Of a DNA stretch of 64,000 nucleotides, positions 37,750-50,988 are shown piece after piece (the first letter of the stretch is position 1; each line of letters starts with the position of its first letter). The position numbers and the translations under genes are program-made. The notes below the pieces were generated by a model that saw nothing but the letters and a program-made list of their open reading frames with translations, was not told where the DNA came from and ran no database searches. The stretch is from NCBI GenBank assembly GCA_977017645.1, contig OZ360237.1, forward strand, positions 79,422,001 through 79,486,000, given 5' to 3'. The DNA comes from Torpedo marmorata. Lineage: Eukaryota.

Positions 37750-38605
37750 TGTTATGGACCATGACTGACCATTTGGACTGCGGACAGTCAGCAGGAAGGA
37801 TGAAGTCTTTTGGAGTACACACTGGGGCCAGGTACTGAAAGAGTTAACTTGCCCAGGACTTGGTGTACCCAAAGAGAGAGAGAGAGAGCAGAGAGAGACA
37901 GGCTGTGGAAAAGATACTTTGTTGCACTTTTGCAAAAGCAGGTGCAGACCTCTGCAAAAAAGCAGACAGTTGGGAGTTGCAAAGGCTAGAGAACACAGCC
38001 AAATCCAGGCTTGTGCATCCCAGAGGAAAAGGCTGGAAGAATAGCACATGGCCTCCTGTCTCAGAGAAATTCTGAGTTAAAAGCAACTTCTGTGGAGAAC
38101 AGGCGTGAGATCAGCGAGACTAGCTGTGAGATCCAAGCACACGCCTCAATCTGTGGTATACTGATCTGAACTCGCAATCCTTATGAAAACACAAGAAGGG
38201 AATGTCATCAGAGAAGAAAAAACAAGTATTTGTAAGCATAAACAGTCATTGTCTCTCTCCAACGTTCATTCAGAAGTACTTCTACCAGACACAGAGCTGA
38301 ATTTGAAACCTGAACTAAGAGAGTGAATTTTGTGGACTGTATTATTCTTTTTTTTGGACTGACTTGGTTTTTTTTTACTGACCTGGGGTTTTAGGGAAAG
38401 TTTTTCCATTTTTACATAAGGGTTGGGCACAGACTGTAATGGTCTTGGCTTTACACACACACCTTTTAGATAAGAATAGTGTTTATAGACGTTTATAGTG
38501 GGGTTAATTGTTGTGAAATTATATGTTTGTCTTTAATAAATATAAATTTCAATTTTACCCCTTTTGCATTGCGTCTTCTGTCGTTGCTGGTTTGATTTTG
38601 TAACA
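37750..38605 (+). mobile_element. Solo LTR of the Gmr1-like family
   Basis: TGTTATGG...TGTAACA; TSD GTAT; homologous to 1245-2119. Confidence 0.93.
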
Positions 38606-40659
38606 GTATGAATTGCTGTTTTCGAGGTGATCCAGAGCTGAGTGGAGAGCCAGCGATATTGCGTCTGCTGTGGAGCGATTGTGACGACAGGCGAATTGCA
38701 GTGGGTTCAGATCTTTGCTTAGGTATATGTTAATTCTGGCCATGACCAGCCTCTCAAAGCATTTCATCACACTAGAGGTTAGTGCTACTGGGCGGTAGTC
38801 GTTGAGGCAGCCCACACTACTCTTCTTGGGTACCGGGATGATTGATGCCCTTTTGAAGCAGGTGGGAACCTCTGACTGCCGCAATGAGAGGTTGAAAATG
38901 TCCGTGAACATGCTAGTTGGTTGGCGCAGATTTTCAGTACCCTGCCAGGTACGCCGTCAGGGTCTGACGCCTTGCGAGGGTTCACCCTCTTGAATGACGT
39001 CGCCCTCAGAGACAGATATCACAGGGTCCTCAGCCTTTTCAGGGATTCTAGTAGGCACTGTTTTGTTCTTTTTCTCAAAGCTGGCATAGAAGGTGTTCAG
39101 CTCATTGGGTAGTGAAACATCACAGCCTTCTATAGTGTTCGCCCTCGCTTTGTAGGCTGTAATGGCCTGCACTCCCTGCCATAGCTGGCGTGTATCTGTC
39201 TCTACCTTCCTCCGGAATTGCCTCTTTGCTTCAGAGATGGCCTTCCGCAGGTCGTGCCTGGACATCTTGTAAAGATCCCGGTCCCCGGCCTTAAACGCCC
39301 TTGTTCTCGCCTTCAGCAGGTTGCGAATTCTCTGATTCATCCAGGGCTTCTGGTTGGGGAACACCCGGTATTTGCGCGTGGGCACACACTCATCCACGCA
39401 GGTCTTGATGAAGTCGGTGACACCTGTTGCATATTCATTCAGGTCTATGGAAGAGTGCTTGAATATGTTCCATTCCACCGATTCAAAGCAGTCCTGCAGA
39501 CGCTCCTCCGCCCCCCTCGACCATACTTTCGCCGTCCTCACCACTGGTGCTATGGTCTTCAGTGTCTGCTTGTACGCCGGGAGTAGAAGTACAGCCAGGT
39601 GATCAGACTTGCCTAAGTGCGGTCGTGGTATGTCTCGGTATGCGTTCTTCACGGTGGTGTAGCAGTGGTCAAGTGTGTTGATTCCCCTGCTCTCGCATGT
39701 GATGTGTTGGTGTTAGTTTGTCAGTGACTTCTTCAGATTGACCTGATTGAAGTCTCCCACAATGATCGGGAAGGCATCAGGATGTGCTGTCTCATGGCTG
39801 TTTATCACAGTGCTCAGTCCCTCCAGTGCCAGCCTGACGTTAGCTTGGGGCGGAATGTTCACTGCGACCAGGATGATGGCTCAAAGTATTGAGTACAGGA
39901 GTTAGGATGTGATGGTGAGGTTGTATAAGACATTGGTGAGGCCAAATTTGGAGTATTGTGTGCAGTTCTGGTCACCAAACTACAGGAAGGATATCAGTAA
40001 GATTGAAAGAGTGCAGAGAAGATTTATTAGGATGTTGCCGGGTCTTCAGGAGTTGAGTTACAAGGAAAGATTAAACAGGTTAGGACTTTATTCCTTGGAG
40101 CGTAGAACAATGAGGGGAGATTTGATAGAGGTTTACAAAATTATGAGAGGTATAGACAGAGTAAATGCAAGTAGGCTCTTTCCACTTAGATTAGGAGAGA
40201 TAAATACAAGAAAGAGGACATTGCTTTAGGGTGAAAGGGGAAAGGTTTAGGGGGAACATTTGGGGGAACTTTTTCCACTCAGAGTGGTGGGAGTGTGGAA
40301 CGAGCTGCCACCTGACGTGGTAAATGCGGGCTCACTCTTAAGTTTTAAAAATAAATTGGATAGATACATGGATGGGAGAGGTCTGAAGGGTTATAGAATG
40401 GGTGCAGGTCAGTGGGACTAGCAGTATGATGTTTCGGCACAGACTAGAATGGCTTGTTTTGTGCTGTAGTGTTCTATGGTTAAAATGAAATAATACCTTT
40501 TCTTAAAGTAGAAGGACGGGAGCTGCTCAGAGTATTCAACATGTAGTTTAACCAAATCCTCACAAAGTTGCACTTCCCAACTTTTAACCTCAAATCCTCT
40601 TGAAATAAGGGCCAACATTCCATCATCTTTTCCTATTACCTGCTGCACTTGACAGTCAA

Positions 40660-41815
40660 TAAGACCGCAAGACCACAAGATATAGGACAGAAGTTGACCA
40701 TTTGGCCCGTCGAGTTCGCTCCACCATTCCATCATGAGCTGATCCATTCTCCCACTCAGCCCCATTCCCCTGCCTTCTCCCCATAACCTTTGATACCCTG
40801 ACTATTCATATAGCTGTTAATCTCTGGTTTAAATACACCCAATGACGTGGCCATCACAACTGTCCGTGGTAGCAAATTCCAGAGGTTCACCACTCTTGGG
40901 CTAAAGAAATTCCTCCACATCTAGGTTTTAAATGGGCACCCTTCAACCCTGAAGTTGTGCACTCGTACTCGACTCCTCTATCATGGGAAACAACTTTGCC
41001 ACATCTCCTCTGTCCAATCTACATTTGAAATGCTTCAATGAGGACCCCCCCCCCCAAATCTTCTGAATGCCAAGGAGTATAGTCCAAGAGACGTCAAATG
41101 TCCCTCATATGCTTATCCCTTCATTCCAGGAATCATACTTGTAAATCTTCTCTGAACCCTCTCCAATGCCAGCACATCCTTTTTTAAATAAGGAGCCCAA
41201 AGCTGAACCCCGTACTCCAAGTCAGGCCTCACCAGTGCCTTATAAAGCCTCAACATCACATCCCTGCTCTTATATCCTATTCCTCTAGATATGAATGCCA
41301 ACTCAACCTGGAGGTTAACCTTTAGGGTATCCTGCTCGAGGACTCCAAGTCCCTTTGCACCTCCGAATTTTGAATTTTCCCCCCATCCAAATAATAGTCT
41401 GCCTCTTTATTCCTTCTACCAAAGTTCATGACCGTACACTTTCCAACATTGTATTTCATTTGCCACTTCTTTGCCCATTCTCCTAATCTGTCCAAGTCTC
41501 TCTGCAGCCTCTCCATTTCCTCCTCACTACCTTCCCCTCCACCTTTGTGTCATCTGCAAACTTAGCCACAAAGCCATTTATTCCGCATTTCAAATCATTA
41601 ACATACAATGTAAAAAGAGTCCCCAACACCAACACCTGCGGTACACCACTGGTAACCGGTAGCCAACCAGAATAGGATCCCTTTATTCCTGGAATATAGC
41701 TGTCCTGCACTTTCCTTATTTCTTGCAGAAACTCCAGCCATTGCTGCTCTGCTATCCTCCCTGCTAGTGTGCCTTTCCAATGAACTTTTACCAGTTCTTC
41801 TCTCATACCAGCATG
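40660..41815 (-). mobile_element. CR1-type LINE fragments
   Basis: VAKFADDTK, LQRDLDRLGEWAKKWQM, YKALVRPDLEYGVQLW. Confidence 0.85.
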
Positions 41816-43848
41816 GTGCCATTTAAGGAAAGATTCTACGAAACACCTCAGAGCATGTCTTTGAAAATATTTGGATTGGGCCTTGGGATCAAAAGCAGCA
41901 CGAAATTGTGGAAGTCCAAGGCACATTTCTGGCATACTGTGTGTTGTGAGAACAGCCCCTAGGTTAGTAAATTTATCCTGGAAGAGAATTCATCAACCTG
42001 CTCTATACTGACTGTGCAGAAAACATGTGATTATGTCCTGTGGATTGTGTATGTGCAACGTGGTCCAGAGAAACGCTGTTTTGTCGGGTTGTATATGTAC
42101 CATCTCAATAATGAACTTCAGAATCAGAATTAGAATCAGGTGAATTGTCATGAACAGGTCATGAAATTTGTGTTTTACAGCAGCAAATTTGTGCATTACA
42201 GGTGCAAAAATTGCTATAAATTACAATTCCATAAATACACTATTTAAAAAAAATAAATTAGTGCAAATTAAGAGAAAAAAAAGTGAGGTGGTGCCTGTGG
42301 TTCATTGTGCATTCAGTAATCTGATGGCTATGGGGAAGAAGCTGTTATTGTATTGTTGGTGCCTGTCCTCAGGCTCCTGTACCTCCTTCCTGATGGTAGC
42401 AGTGAGAAGAGGGCATGGCGTGGGTGGTAAGGGTCCTTTGATTGAGGCTGCTTTCTTGAGACAATGCCTCTTGTGGACATCCTTAAAGGAGTGAAGACTA
42501 TTGCCCATGATGGCGCTGGCCGAGTTTACAACTCTCTGTAGCCTTTTTCTGTATTGTGCATTGGCACCTCCAAACCAGACAGTGATGCAACCAGTCAGAA
42601 TGCTCTCCACGGTACACCTGTGGAAATTTGCAAGAGTCTTTGTGACATACCAAATCTCCTCAAACTCCTAACAAAATATAGCTGCTGGCGAGCCTTCTTC
42701 ATGCTTGCATCAACATGAAGGCCCCAGGATAGATCTTCAGAGATGTTGACACCCAAGAATTTGAAGTTCTTTAACTTTTCCACTGCTGGCCCCTCGATGA
42801 GGACTGGTTTGTGTTCTTATGGTTTCCCCTTCCTGATGTCCACAATCAGTTCCTTAGTTTTGCTAACGTTGAGTGAAAGGTGGTTGTTGTGACACCCTTC
42901 AACTAGCTGATCTATCTCACTCCTGTACGCTACTTCATTGCCGTCTGTGATTCTGCCGACAACAATGGTGACATCGGCAAATTTGTAGATGGCATTTGAA
43001 TTGTGCCTAACCACAGACATGAGTATGGAGAAAGTAGAGCAGTGGGCTAAGCATGCATCCTTGAGGTGCACCTGCGTTGATTGTCAGTGAGGAGGAAATG
43101 TTACCCATCCACAATGACTGTGGTCTTCTGCTGAGGAAGTCAAGGATCCAGTTGTAGAGGGAGGTGCAGAGGCCCAGGCTTTGAAGTTTGCTGACCAGTA
43201 TTGAGGAGATGATGGTGTTGAAAGCTGAGCTATAATCGATGAAAAAGCAGCCTCATGTATGTGTTGCTGTTGTCCTGGTGATCCAGGGCTGAGTGGAGAG
43301 CCTGTGAGATTGCTCCTGCTGTGGAATAATTATGGCGGTAAGTGAATTGCAGTGGGTCCAGGTCTTTACTTGGGTATGAATTAATTATGGCCATGACCAA
43401 CCTCTCAAAGCATTTCATCACAGTAGATGTGAGTGCTACTGGGCGATAGTCATTGAGGCAACTCACTCTGTGCTTCATAGGCACTGGTATGATTGATGCC
43501 CTTTTGAAGCAGGTGGGAATCTCTGACTGCAGCAATGAGGGATTGAAAATGCCTATGATCATTCAGCTAGTTGGTTGGCACAGATTTTCAGTACCCTGCC
43601 AAGTACGCCATCAGGGCTTGATACCGAGCAAGGGTTCACTCTTTTGAAAAATGTTCTGACATTGGCCTCAAGAGACAGATATCACAGAGTCGCCAGCTTT
43701 TACGGGGATTCTCGTTGGTACCGTTGAATTCTCCTTTTCAATGCAAGCATTAAAGGTGTTCAGCTCATCAGGGAGTGAAGCATCACAGCCATTTCTGATG
43801 TTAGGCTTTGGCTTGTAGGATGTAATAGCCTGCAAGCACTGCCATAGC

Positions 43849-44687
43849 TGGCGAGCGCTGCCGGAGCCGCTGTAACGTCAGCGCTGCCGCTGGTGCAGAC
43901 CAGTGGGGAGCGGAGATACAGCGCTCCCGCGGGGTCTAGCCGCCCAGTCGACTGCCGACGGTTCCGCACGGGCTTTGAACAGCCCGTTAAAGGAGCCGAC
44001 GGTGGTTTTATTTAAGATCCCGCGACCGCGGGTCTGCGCCCAAGATGGCAGCGCCTTTTAACCGGCAGCAGCCACGAGGGGCTGCAGATTCTGGGGAAGC
44101 GGAGGACTGGAGCAGGGCACCAGAGGAGGGGAAGATCACCCCCCGTCTGAGAAGGAGAAGCGGAGGAGACGACCCACGGGACGGTGACCACAGCGGCGGA
44201 CCGATGAGGGGCTCTGAGGCTGAAGGACCAGTGCATGCGGCAGGCTGCTGGCGACTCGAGGCGAGGAACCCGCGGAGGCTGTGGGCTGCTGGAGACTGCT
44301 GTCGGGGGACTCACGCCGGGCTGTGGGCTGCTGGAGGCTGGCTCGAACTGGCTGGAGGAGTACCAGGTATCGGAACCGGGATGCGAGGGGGTGCCGAGGG
44401 CGAACTGACCGTGTTGGAGGTTCGGATCTGGAGCTCGGGTTGCCAATGGTTTGGAATGGACTCTGTGTGGCTGCGGAGGCTGCGGAAGCGCTGGAGGTGA
44501 ATCTATGGACACTCGGTGACTCTGGGGGGACTCTCTTTTGCTTCTCTTTCTCTGACTGTAAGGAATGTTAGAGGCGCTTAGGCAATTTCTGCCGGTGGCG
44601 AATCTGTCTGCCTTGCAGCAGGCAAAAAGAAATTTCATGGAATATGACACTGTCTTTTTACTGTAACAATAAATTGAATCTTGAATC
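43849..44687 (+). mobile_element. Element X, near full length
   Basis: TGGCGAGCGCTGCCGGAGCCGCTGT...AACAATAAATTGAATCTTGAATC. Confidence 0.85.
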
Positions 44688-44758
44688 TATCTGATTCTGT
44701 TTCTAGCTTCATCGGAATTGCCTATTTTTGTAAAGATAGCTGTCCGTAGCTGCTCTGA

Positions 44759-45005
44759 GGGCAGCACAGTTAGCGTAGCAGTTAGTGCAACGATGTTACA
44801 GCGCCAGTGTTCGGGACCGGGGTTCGAATCCCGCACTGTCTGTAAGGAGTCTGTACGTTCTCCCCATGTGAATTTTCCCCGGGGGCTCTGGTTTCCTCCC
44901 ACCAATCAAAACATACTGGGGGTTGTAAGTCAATTGGGTGTAATTGGGCAGCATGGGCTCGTGGGCCGAAAGGGCCTGTTACCGTGCTGTGTACCTAAAT
45001 TTAAA
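44759..45005 (+). mobile_element. tRNA-derived V-SINE/HE1-like SINE, full length
   Basis: A box TAGCGTAGCAGTTAG; B box GGTTCGAATCC; V-domain-like GTTCTCCCCATG...GGTTTCCTCCCAC. Confidence 0.88.
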
Positions 45006-45166
45006 TGCCATCGACCTCGTCCTCAGCAGGTTGCGAATCCTTTGATTCATCCACGGCTTTTGTTTGGGGTACTCACGGTATGTGCGCGTGGGTACACACT
45101 CATCCACACAGGTCCTAATGAATTCGTGACAGCCGTGGCATATTCATTCAAGTTTGAAGGCGAGTA

Positions 45167-46777
45167 CTGTTTTTTTGCGTTATATGCATTTTTTACAAAC
45201 CAGGTAACACCCCCCCCCCCGCACGTTATATGCGTGCGCGCTATACAAGAATATTTTTACATGTTGAAACAACGCACACAATTTAAATCATGACAAATTA
45301 AAATCCTGCTTAACTCTGAAGCCTGTCTTCGATCTATTTAATTGATTCCTCTCCAAAGCTTGTTAATGTATTGCAGGAGGATATCATCTATATAATGGGT
45401 GTAAATCACGGGAGATTAACTGTGGCAGATAGTGGGACTATGGAATGTGTTTTGTCTCATGTCCCAAGTACCGGGTAAATGAGACAAGAATGTGTTTTGT
45501 CTCATGTCCCAAGAACGCACACAATTTATAGCGGGCGTGGGAAAGTCGCACCAGCAATTTATAGCGAGTGTGGAAATGCAATAGCGGCGATGAAAGAACG
45601 CGTACAATTTATAGCAGGCGTGGGAATTGGGTACATACAAAATGGCAAAATTCAAAATTTTGATTTTGGGAATATTTCTTTGGCCTGAGTGCCATGGTAT
45701 TCCGAGAAACAGGATATTCTGGCTAGGGCACTGCACATGTTAATTGCCCAGACCCGTCCGCTGAGGGAGGAGATTAACATATCAAGTGCCTCTGATATGA
45801 GACATTAGGATGATTCTGCCTATGGCATCAGTTTAATCATCCTCATTACATCAAATCAAACCATAAATTTCTCAATTGCACACTATTTTTAACAAGCTAA
45901 GGTCTCTTTTAAAGAAAGGCTTATTAAATCATGACAGAATTAAAATCCTGCTTAACTCTGCAGCCTGCGCATGAAAGAACGCGCACAATTTAAAGCTAGC
46001 GTAGGAATGTAATAGCGGCAATAAAAGAACGTGCTCAATTTATAGCAGGCGTGGGAAAGTCACAACGGCAATTTATAGCGAGCGTGGGAATGCAATAGCG
46101 GCAATGAAAGAACGCGTACAATTTATAGCGAGCGTGGGAATTAGGTACATACAAAATGGCAAAATTCAAAATTTTGATTTTGAGAATATCTCTTTGGCCT
46201 GAGTGCTATGGTATTCCGAGAAACAGGATATTCTGGCTAGGGCACTGCACCTTATCAATGTTAATTGCCCAGACCCGTCCCCTGAGGGAGGAGATTAACA
46301 TATCAAGAGCCTCTGATCTGAGACATTAGGATGATTCTGCCTATGGTATCAGTTTAATCATCCTCATTACATCAAATCAAACCATAAATTTCTCAATTGC
46401 ACACTATTTTTAACAAGATATGGTTTCTTTTAAAGAAAGGCTTTTTAAATCATGATAGAATTAAATCCTGCTTAAGTCGATCTATTTAATTGACTCCTCT
46501 CCAAAGCTGGTTAATGTGTTGCAGGAGGATATCATCTACATAATTGGCGATTGACACTACTGAGGGAAGTTGAATGGGTGTAAATAGCGGGAGATTAACT
46601 GTGGCAGATACTGGGACTATGGAATGTGTTTTGTCTCATGTCCCAATTAAATGCAAATTGCTTTTGTCAGTCGGAATTTAGAATACTACACCCGCGCGAT
46701 ATATGCATGTGCGCGCTATACGAAAATATTTTTACACAATTTATGATTTTCTGCGCGTTATATGAGTGAAAATACGG
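45167..46777. mobile_element. Tc2/Kanga-like non-autonomous DNA transposon with internal block duplications
   Basis: Ends CTGTTTTTTTGCGTTATA and TATATGAGTGAAAATACGG; TA duplicated; interrupts Rex1 cleanly. Confidence 0.8.
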
Positions 46778-47277
46778 TACTTGAATATGGTCCAGTCCAC
46801 CGATTCAAAGCAGTCCTGCAGGCACTCCTCCACCCCCCTCAACCATATTTTCACCGTCTTCATCACTACTAGTCGTCCTCAGTCTCTACTTATACACCAG
46901 GAGTACAGCTCGGTGATCAGACTTGCCGAAGTGTGGAAGTGGGATGGCTTGGTAGGCGTTCTTGATGGTAGAGTAGCAGTGGTCAAGTATCTTGACCCTT
47001 CTCGTTGCGCAGGTAATATGTTGGTGATAGTTTGTCAGAGACCTCTTCAGGTTGGCCTGGTTGAAGTCCTCTGCAATGATTGGGAAGGCATCAGGGTGTG
47101 CTGTCTCACGGTTACTAATTGAACATTAAGGTTATGCTCAATTTGTGCAGTATTTTGACAGAGTTCAGAAACTGCAATACAACCTTGTCGATTTGCTTGC
47201 ATTTTTAGCATCATGTTCATTTCCAGCCACACCTTTTTTCTGCTGAGTCACTATTGGTGCTTGTGCCCTGGACTCAC

Positions 47278-47375
47278 CAGAGCCCCACAGCCACTTCGGA
47301 TGGAATGCAAGAGTTGAAGTTAGTTCCTGCATCATAGAAGTTACTGGCAGGTATGAATTTATGGAAAACTGGCTC
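47278..47375 (-). other. Candidate 98-nt exon of an unidentified transcript
   Basis: Acceptor CTCCATTTACAG; donor CTG|GTGAGT; two open frames; unique DNA. Confidence 0.35.
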
Positions 47376-48339
47376 CTGTAAATGGAGCAAGCTTCCAGTA
47401 ACGATCTGGTTCACATAATGATGTGATTGTAGGGCCATTCACCCCATGTGGAAACCTGATGCACTAAGCAAACATTATTGTTCATGAAATAAATTATAAA
47501 TTGTGTCGCGTCTCTCTGTTTTGTTTTCTTCACTGAGATAAAAGGACTTGCGCTCATTTATGAAACTAAATAAAATACTAAATAAAACAATTGTTATTAA
47601 CCATTACTTTCAATACCAGAAAAAAAAAATGGCAAAACAAGTGGAAATGCCTAAAAATGTAGCCTTATAATGCAAAACTCGTGATTAAGCCTTGCAACAG
47701 AGAAAGATGACAATTCCCTGAGAGATGAAAAGTTACTTCCTTTCAACACGACAAATGGCAACAACTTAGCTTTGAAATTGCATCATGAAAATCGTAACCT
47801 GGTGGTCTACTGCATTTGATGCTAATAATGTATCCTCCTCTACATTGGTGACACCAAGCATAAACAAGGGAACCATTTTGCACAGCACCTGCACACTATC
47901 TCTGATGGCCAGCTTGAGCTTACGTCCTTGTTAGCAGTATGACTCAGCAACTCAATGTGCATATGCATTGATGCATCAGGGAAGTGATATTAAAAAATTT
48001 TTTTAACAAGTGACAAGCTCGAATATTGGTCAAGATAAAAACAAATATTGAAGACAAATAGAGGACAATGTTTTAGTTAAGTCTTTTACTGAGTGAATAT
48101 ATCTTGACTAAGTAATCACTGGTTCCTTGAAATCAGTGCAATAACTCTAATATATAATAAAATCTTCCTCATTAAACTCAAGCCAATGTGCCTTTGATCT
48201 TTCATTTATTTTTTTTATATATACCGGTAATTTCACCACTCCATAATGTATTGGTTGTATCAATTCTATTGTTTACTATTTCATCCAAAATAGGCCAAGA
48301 ATGCACTGGTCAGGTGGTATAATGCAGCAGAACTACATG

Positions 48340-49260
48340 ACACCCCAAGGATGTGTGCTTAGCCCACTGCTCTACTCGTTATACACCCATGACTGTGTGG
48401 CCAGGCACAATTCCAATGCCATCTACAAGTTTGCCGATGACACCACAGTTGCCGGCAGAATCACAAACGGCAATGAGGAAGCACACAGGAGGGAGATAGA
48501 TCAGCTCGTTGAATGATGTAACGACAACAACCTTGCGCTCAACGTCAGCAAAACCAAGGAGATGATTGTGGACTTCAGGAGGAAGTCAGGGAAACACGAC
48601 CCAGTCCTCATCAAGGGCTCAGCAGTGGAGAGAGTCAAGAACTTCAAATTCCTGGGTGTCAACATCTCCGAGGATCTGTCCTGGAGCCTCCACGTTGATG
48701 CAATCACAAAGAAGGCTCGCCAGCGGCTATACTTTGTGAGGTGTCTGAGGAGATTCGGTTATGTCACCGAAGACTCTCGTAAACTTCTACAGGTGTACCG
48801 TGGAGAGCATTCTGGCTGGTTGCATCACTGCCTGGTATGGAGGCGCCATTCTCAGGACAAGAATAAACTCCAGTGGGTTGTTAACTCGGCCTGTGACATC
48901 ACAGGCACCTGACTTCACTCCATCGAGGACATCTACATGAGGCGGTGTCTTAAAAAAGCAGCCTCTATCCTCAAGGACCCCCACCACCCAGGCCATGCCC
49001 TCTTCACTCTGCTACCAATGGGAAAAAGGTACAGGAGCCTAAAGTCGAGCACTCAACGGCACAAGGACAGCTTCTTCCCCGCTGCCATCAGATTCCTGAA
49101 TAATCATTGATCCAAAGACACTGCCTTACTTTTCGTGCACTATTATTTATATATTTTTTATAGTAATGTCGTAAGGTTATAATATGAATGTTTGCACTAT
49201 GATGCTGCCGCAAAACACCGAATTTCGTGACTTGTTTATGACAATAAATTCTGATTCTGA
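48340..49260 (+). mobile_element. Rex1/Babar LINE, 5'-truncated
   Basis: [13 protein letters not shown]; stop and frameshifts; tail (TTCTGA)2. Confidence 0.92.
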
Positions 49261-49704
49261 TGAACTGGTGCAGTGATCTGATGAGATTTTGCATATATAA
49301 ATGAATTAATTAATCTGGAGCAATCATAGTAAGATTGCCTGGTTCTCAACCAATATGCCACCTGATTTAACAATCACTAAGATGCCTCAAGATCTATAGT
49401 GCTTATTAGTGTCATTGGCATATACTGTACTAGTCAATTAACAAATTATTTTTGATATTTAAAAATGCTGATGTCTTCCTCAACTCGTAAAAATAATTCA
49501 TCCTCATTTGAGATTTCTTGAGAGAAGAGGCTGACCTAGTAAACAATCTTTAACTTTTCTTCATTGATTTTTTAAAATTTGTACATTATTTCTTAGAGGA
49601 AAATTTATTGACCATTTTCAACTGCTACAGTCTTTCTGCAAGTCCTCCACCACTACTTCTCGGGAGGGATTTCCAGGACTAAGACCATGTGACCTTGAAG
49701 GAAG

Positions 49705-50633
49705 TGTTATGGACCATGACTGACCATTTGGACTGCGGACGGTCAGCAGGAAGGATGAAGTCTTTTGGAGTACACACTGGGACCTGGTACTGAAAGAGTT
49801 AACTTGCCCAGGACTTCTTGTATTTACCAGAGAGAGACACCAGGGCGAGACAAACTGTGGAAAGATATACTTGGTTGGATTTTTGAAAAAGACAGGAAGA
49901 CGGGAGGCCTAAAAGTTCAGTCGTGGAAAATTGAATCAGTGGCAGTTTTGGAGTTGCAAAGGCAGGAGAACTCAGCAGGATCCAGGCTTGTGCATCCCAG
50001 AGAAGAGGTTGGGAGAAGAACACAGAGCCTTTGAATCAGAAAAATCGAGGCTTGTGCATCCCAGAGGAAAAGGTTGGGACCAAAAGCAAGGCCTTGGTGA
50101 TTCGGCAAAATCCTGAGTTGAGAGCAGCTTTTGTGAAGAACAGGTTGTGAGATCCAAGTACACGCCTCAATCCAAAACGGATCTGGATTCGCAATCCTTG
50201 TGAAAACACCAGAAGGAAAAGTCATCAGAGAAGAAAAGCAAGCCAAGCATTCGTAAGCATAAACAGTCATTGTCTCTCTCTCCAACGTTCATTAAGAAGT
50301 CCTCCTGGCCAGCACACAGAGCTGAATTTGAACCCTGAACATAGAGAGTGAATTTTTGTGGACTGTATTTTTGGGACTGACTTGTGTTTATGACTGACCT
50401 GGGGGTTTTTGGGGAAGGTTTTTCCATTTTTACATGAGGGTTGGGCATAGACTGTAATGGTCTGGGCTTTTCACACACACACACACATTTTAGATAAGAA
50501 TAGTGTTTATAGACGTTTATAGAGGGGTTAATTGATGTGAAATTATATGTTTAATTGTCTTTAATAAATATAAATTTCAATTTTACCTCTTTTGCATTGC
50601 GTCTTCTGTCGTTGCTGGTTTGAATTTGTAACA
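49705..50633 (+). mobile_element. Solo LTR of the Gmr1-like family (variant)
   Basis: TGTTATGG...TGTAACA; TSD GAAG; AGGCTTGTGCATCCCAGAG module present twice. Confidence 0.93.
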
Positions 50634-50988
50634 GAAGAATGAGATATTTCCAACTCAGAATGGTGTGCAACCTGCCGTGCAACCTGGAGGAGAACCTGAA
50701 GATGGTGATGTTCTCCATGTTCCTGAAACCCTTATGTTTCTTACTGATACAGGTTGGGGAGATACAGTTGGAGTAGTCTCGGCAATTAACAACAGTGCAG
50801 AGAATGGAAAGAAAGTTTGACGCTTTTGTGGAAAGAACATTACTTGCCATCAATGAGTAGACTCTTAGCTGATTCACTTCAACATGACTGAAACAAGTTG
50901 ATGTAATCTGTTAGACAAGTGCATCATTTTGCTTTAACCCTTTGTAAACTCATACTCCAGGTCCCACAATGAACAAAGAGAAAATATG

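Larger units (their letters stand above)
35917..39880 (-). mobile_element. Rex1/Babar LINE (part of endonuclease to 3' tail), interrupted by element X and a solo LTR
   Basis: PHLGKSDH, RT motifs, KFADD; (TTCTGA)n tail at 35917. Confidence 0.92.
33690..40480 (+). mobile_element. CR1-type LINE ORF2 in three pieces (33690-34736, 35579-35916, 39881-40480)
   Basis: GNYRPVSLTSVVGK, DVVYMDFSKA, GVPQGSVLGP, KFADVTK, YKTLVRPNLEYCVQFW; collinear across two insertions. Confidence 0.9.
42118..47110 (-). mobile_element. Older Rex1/Babar LINE interrupted by element X, a SINE and a DNA transposon
   Basis: Degenerate RT ORFs 42302-43562; homology to the 35917-39880 copy resumes at 44688, 45006 and 46780; (TTCTGA)n tail. 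Confidence 0.85.

Noticed and set aside
44759-44835. tRNA-like A and B boxes
   Set aside because: SINE head without a full cloverleaf or terminator; not a tRNA gene
45510-46140. Spaced short repeats resembling a CRISPR array
   Set aside because: Spacers are themselves repeated, spacing is irregular, there are no cas genes, and the context is a eukaryotic transposon
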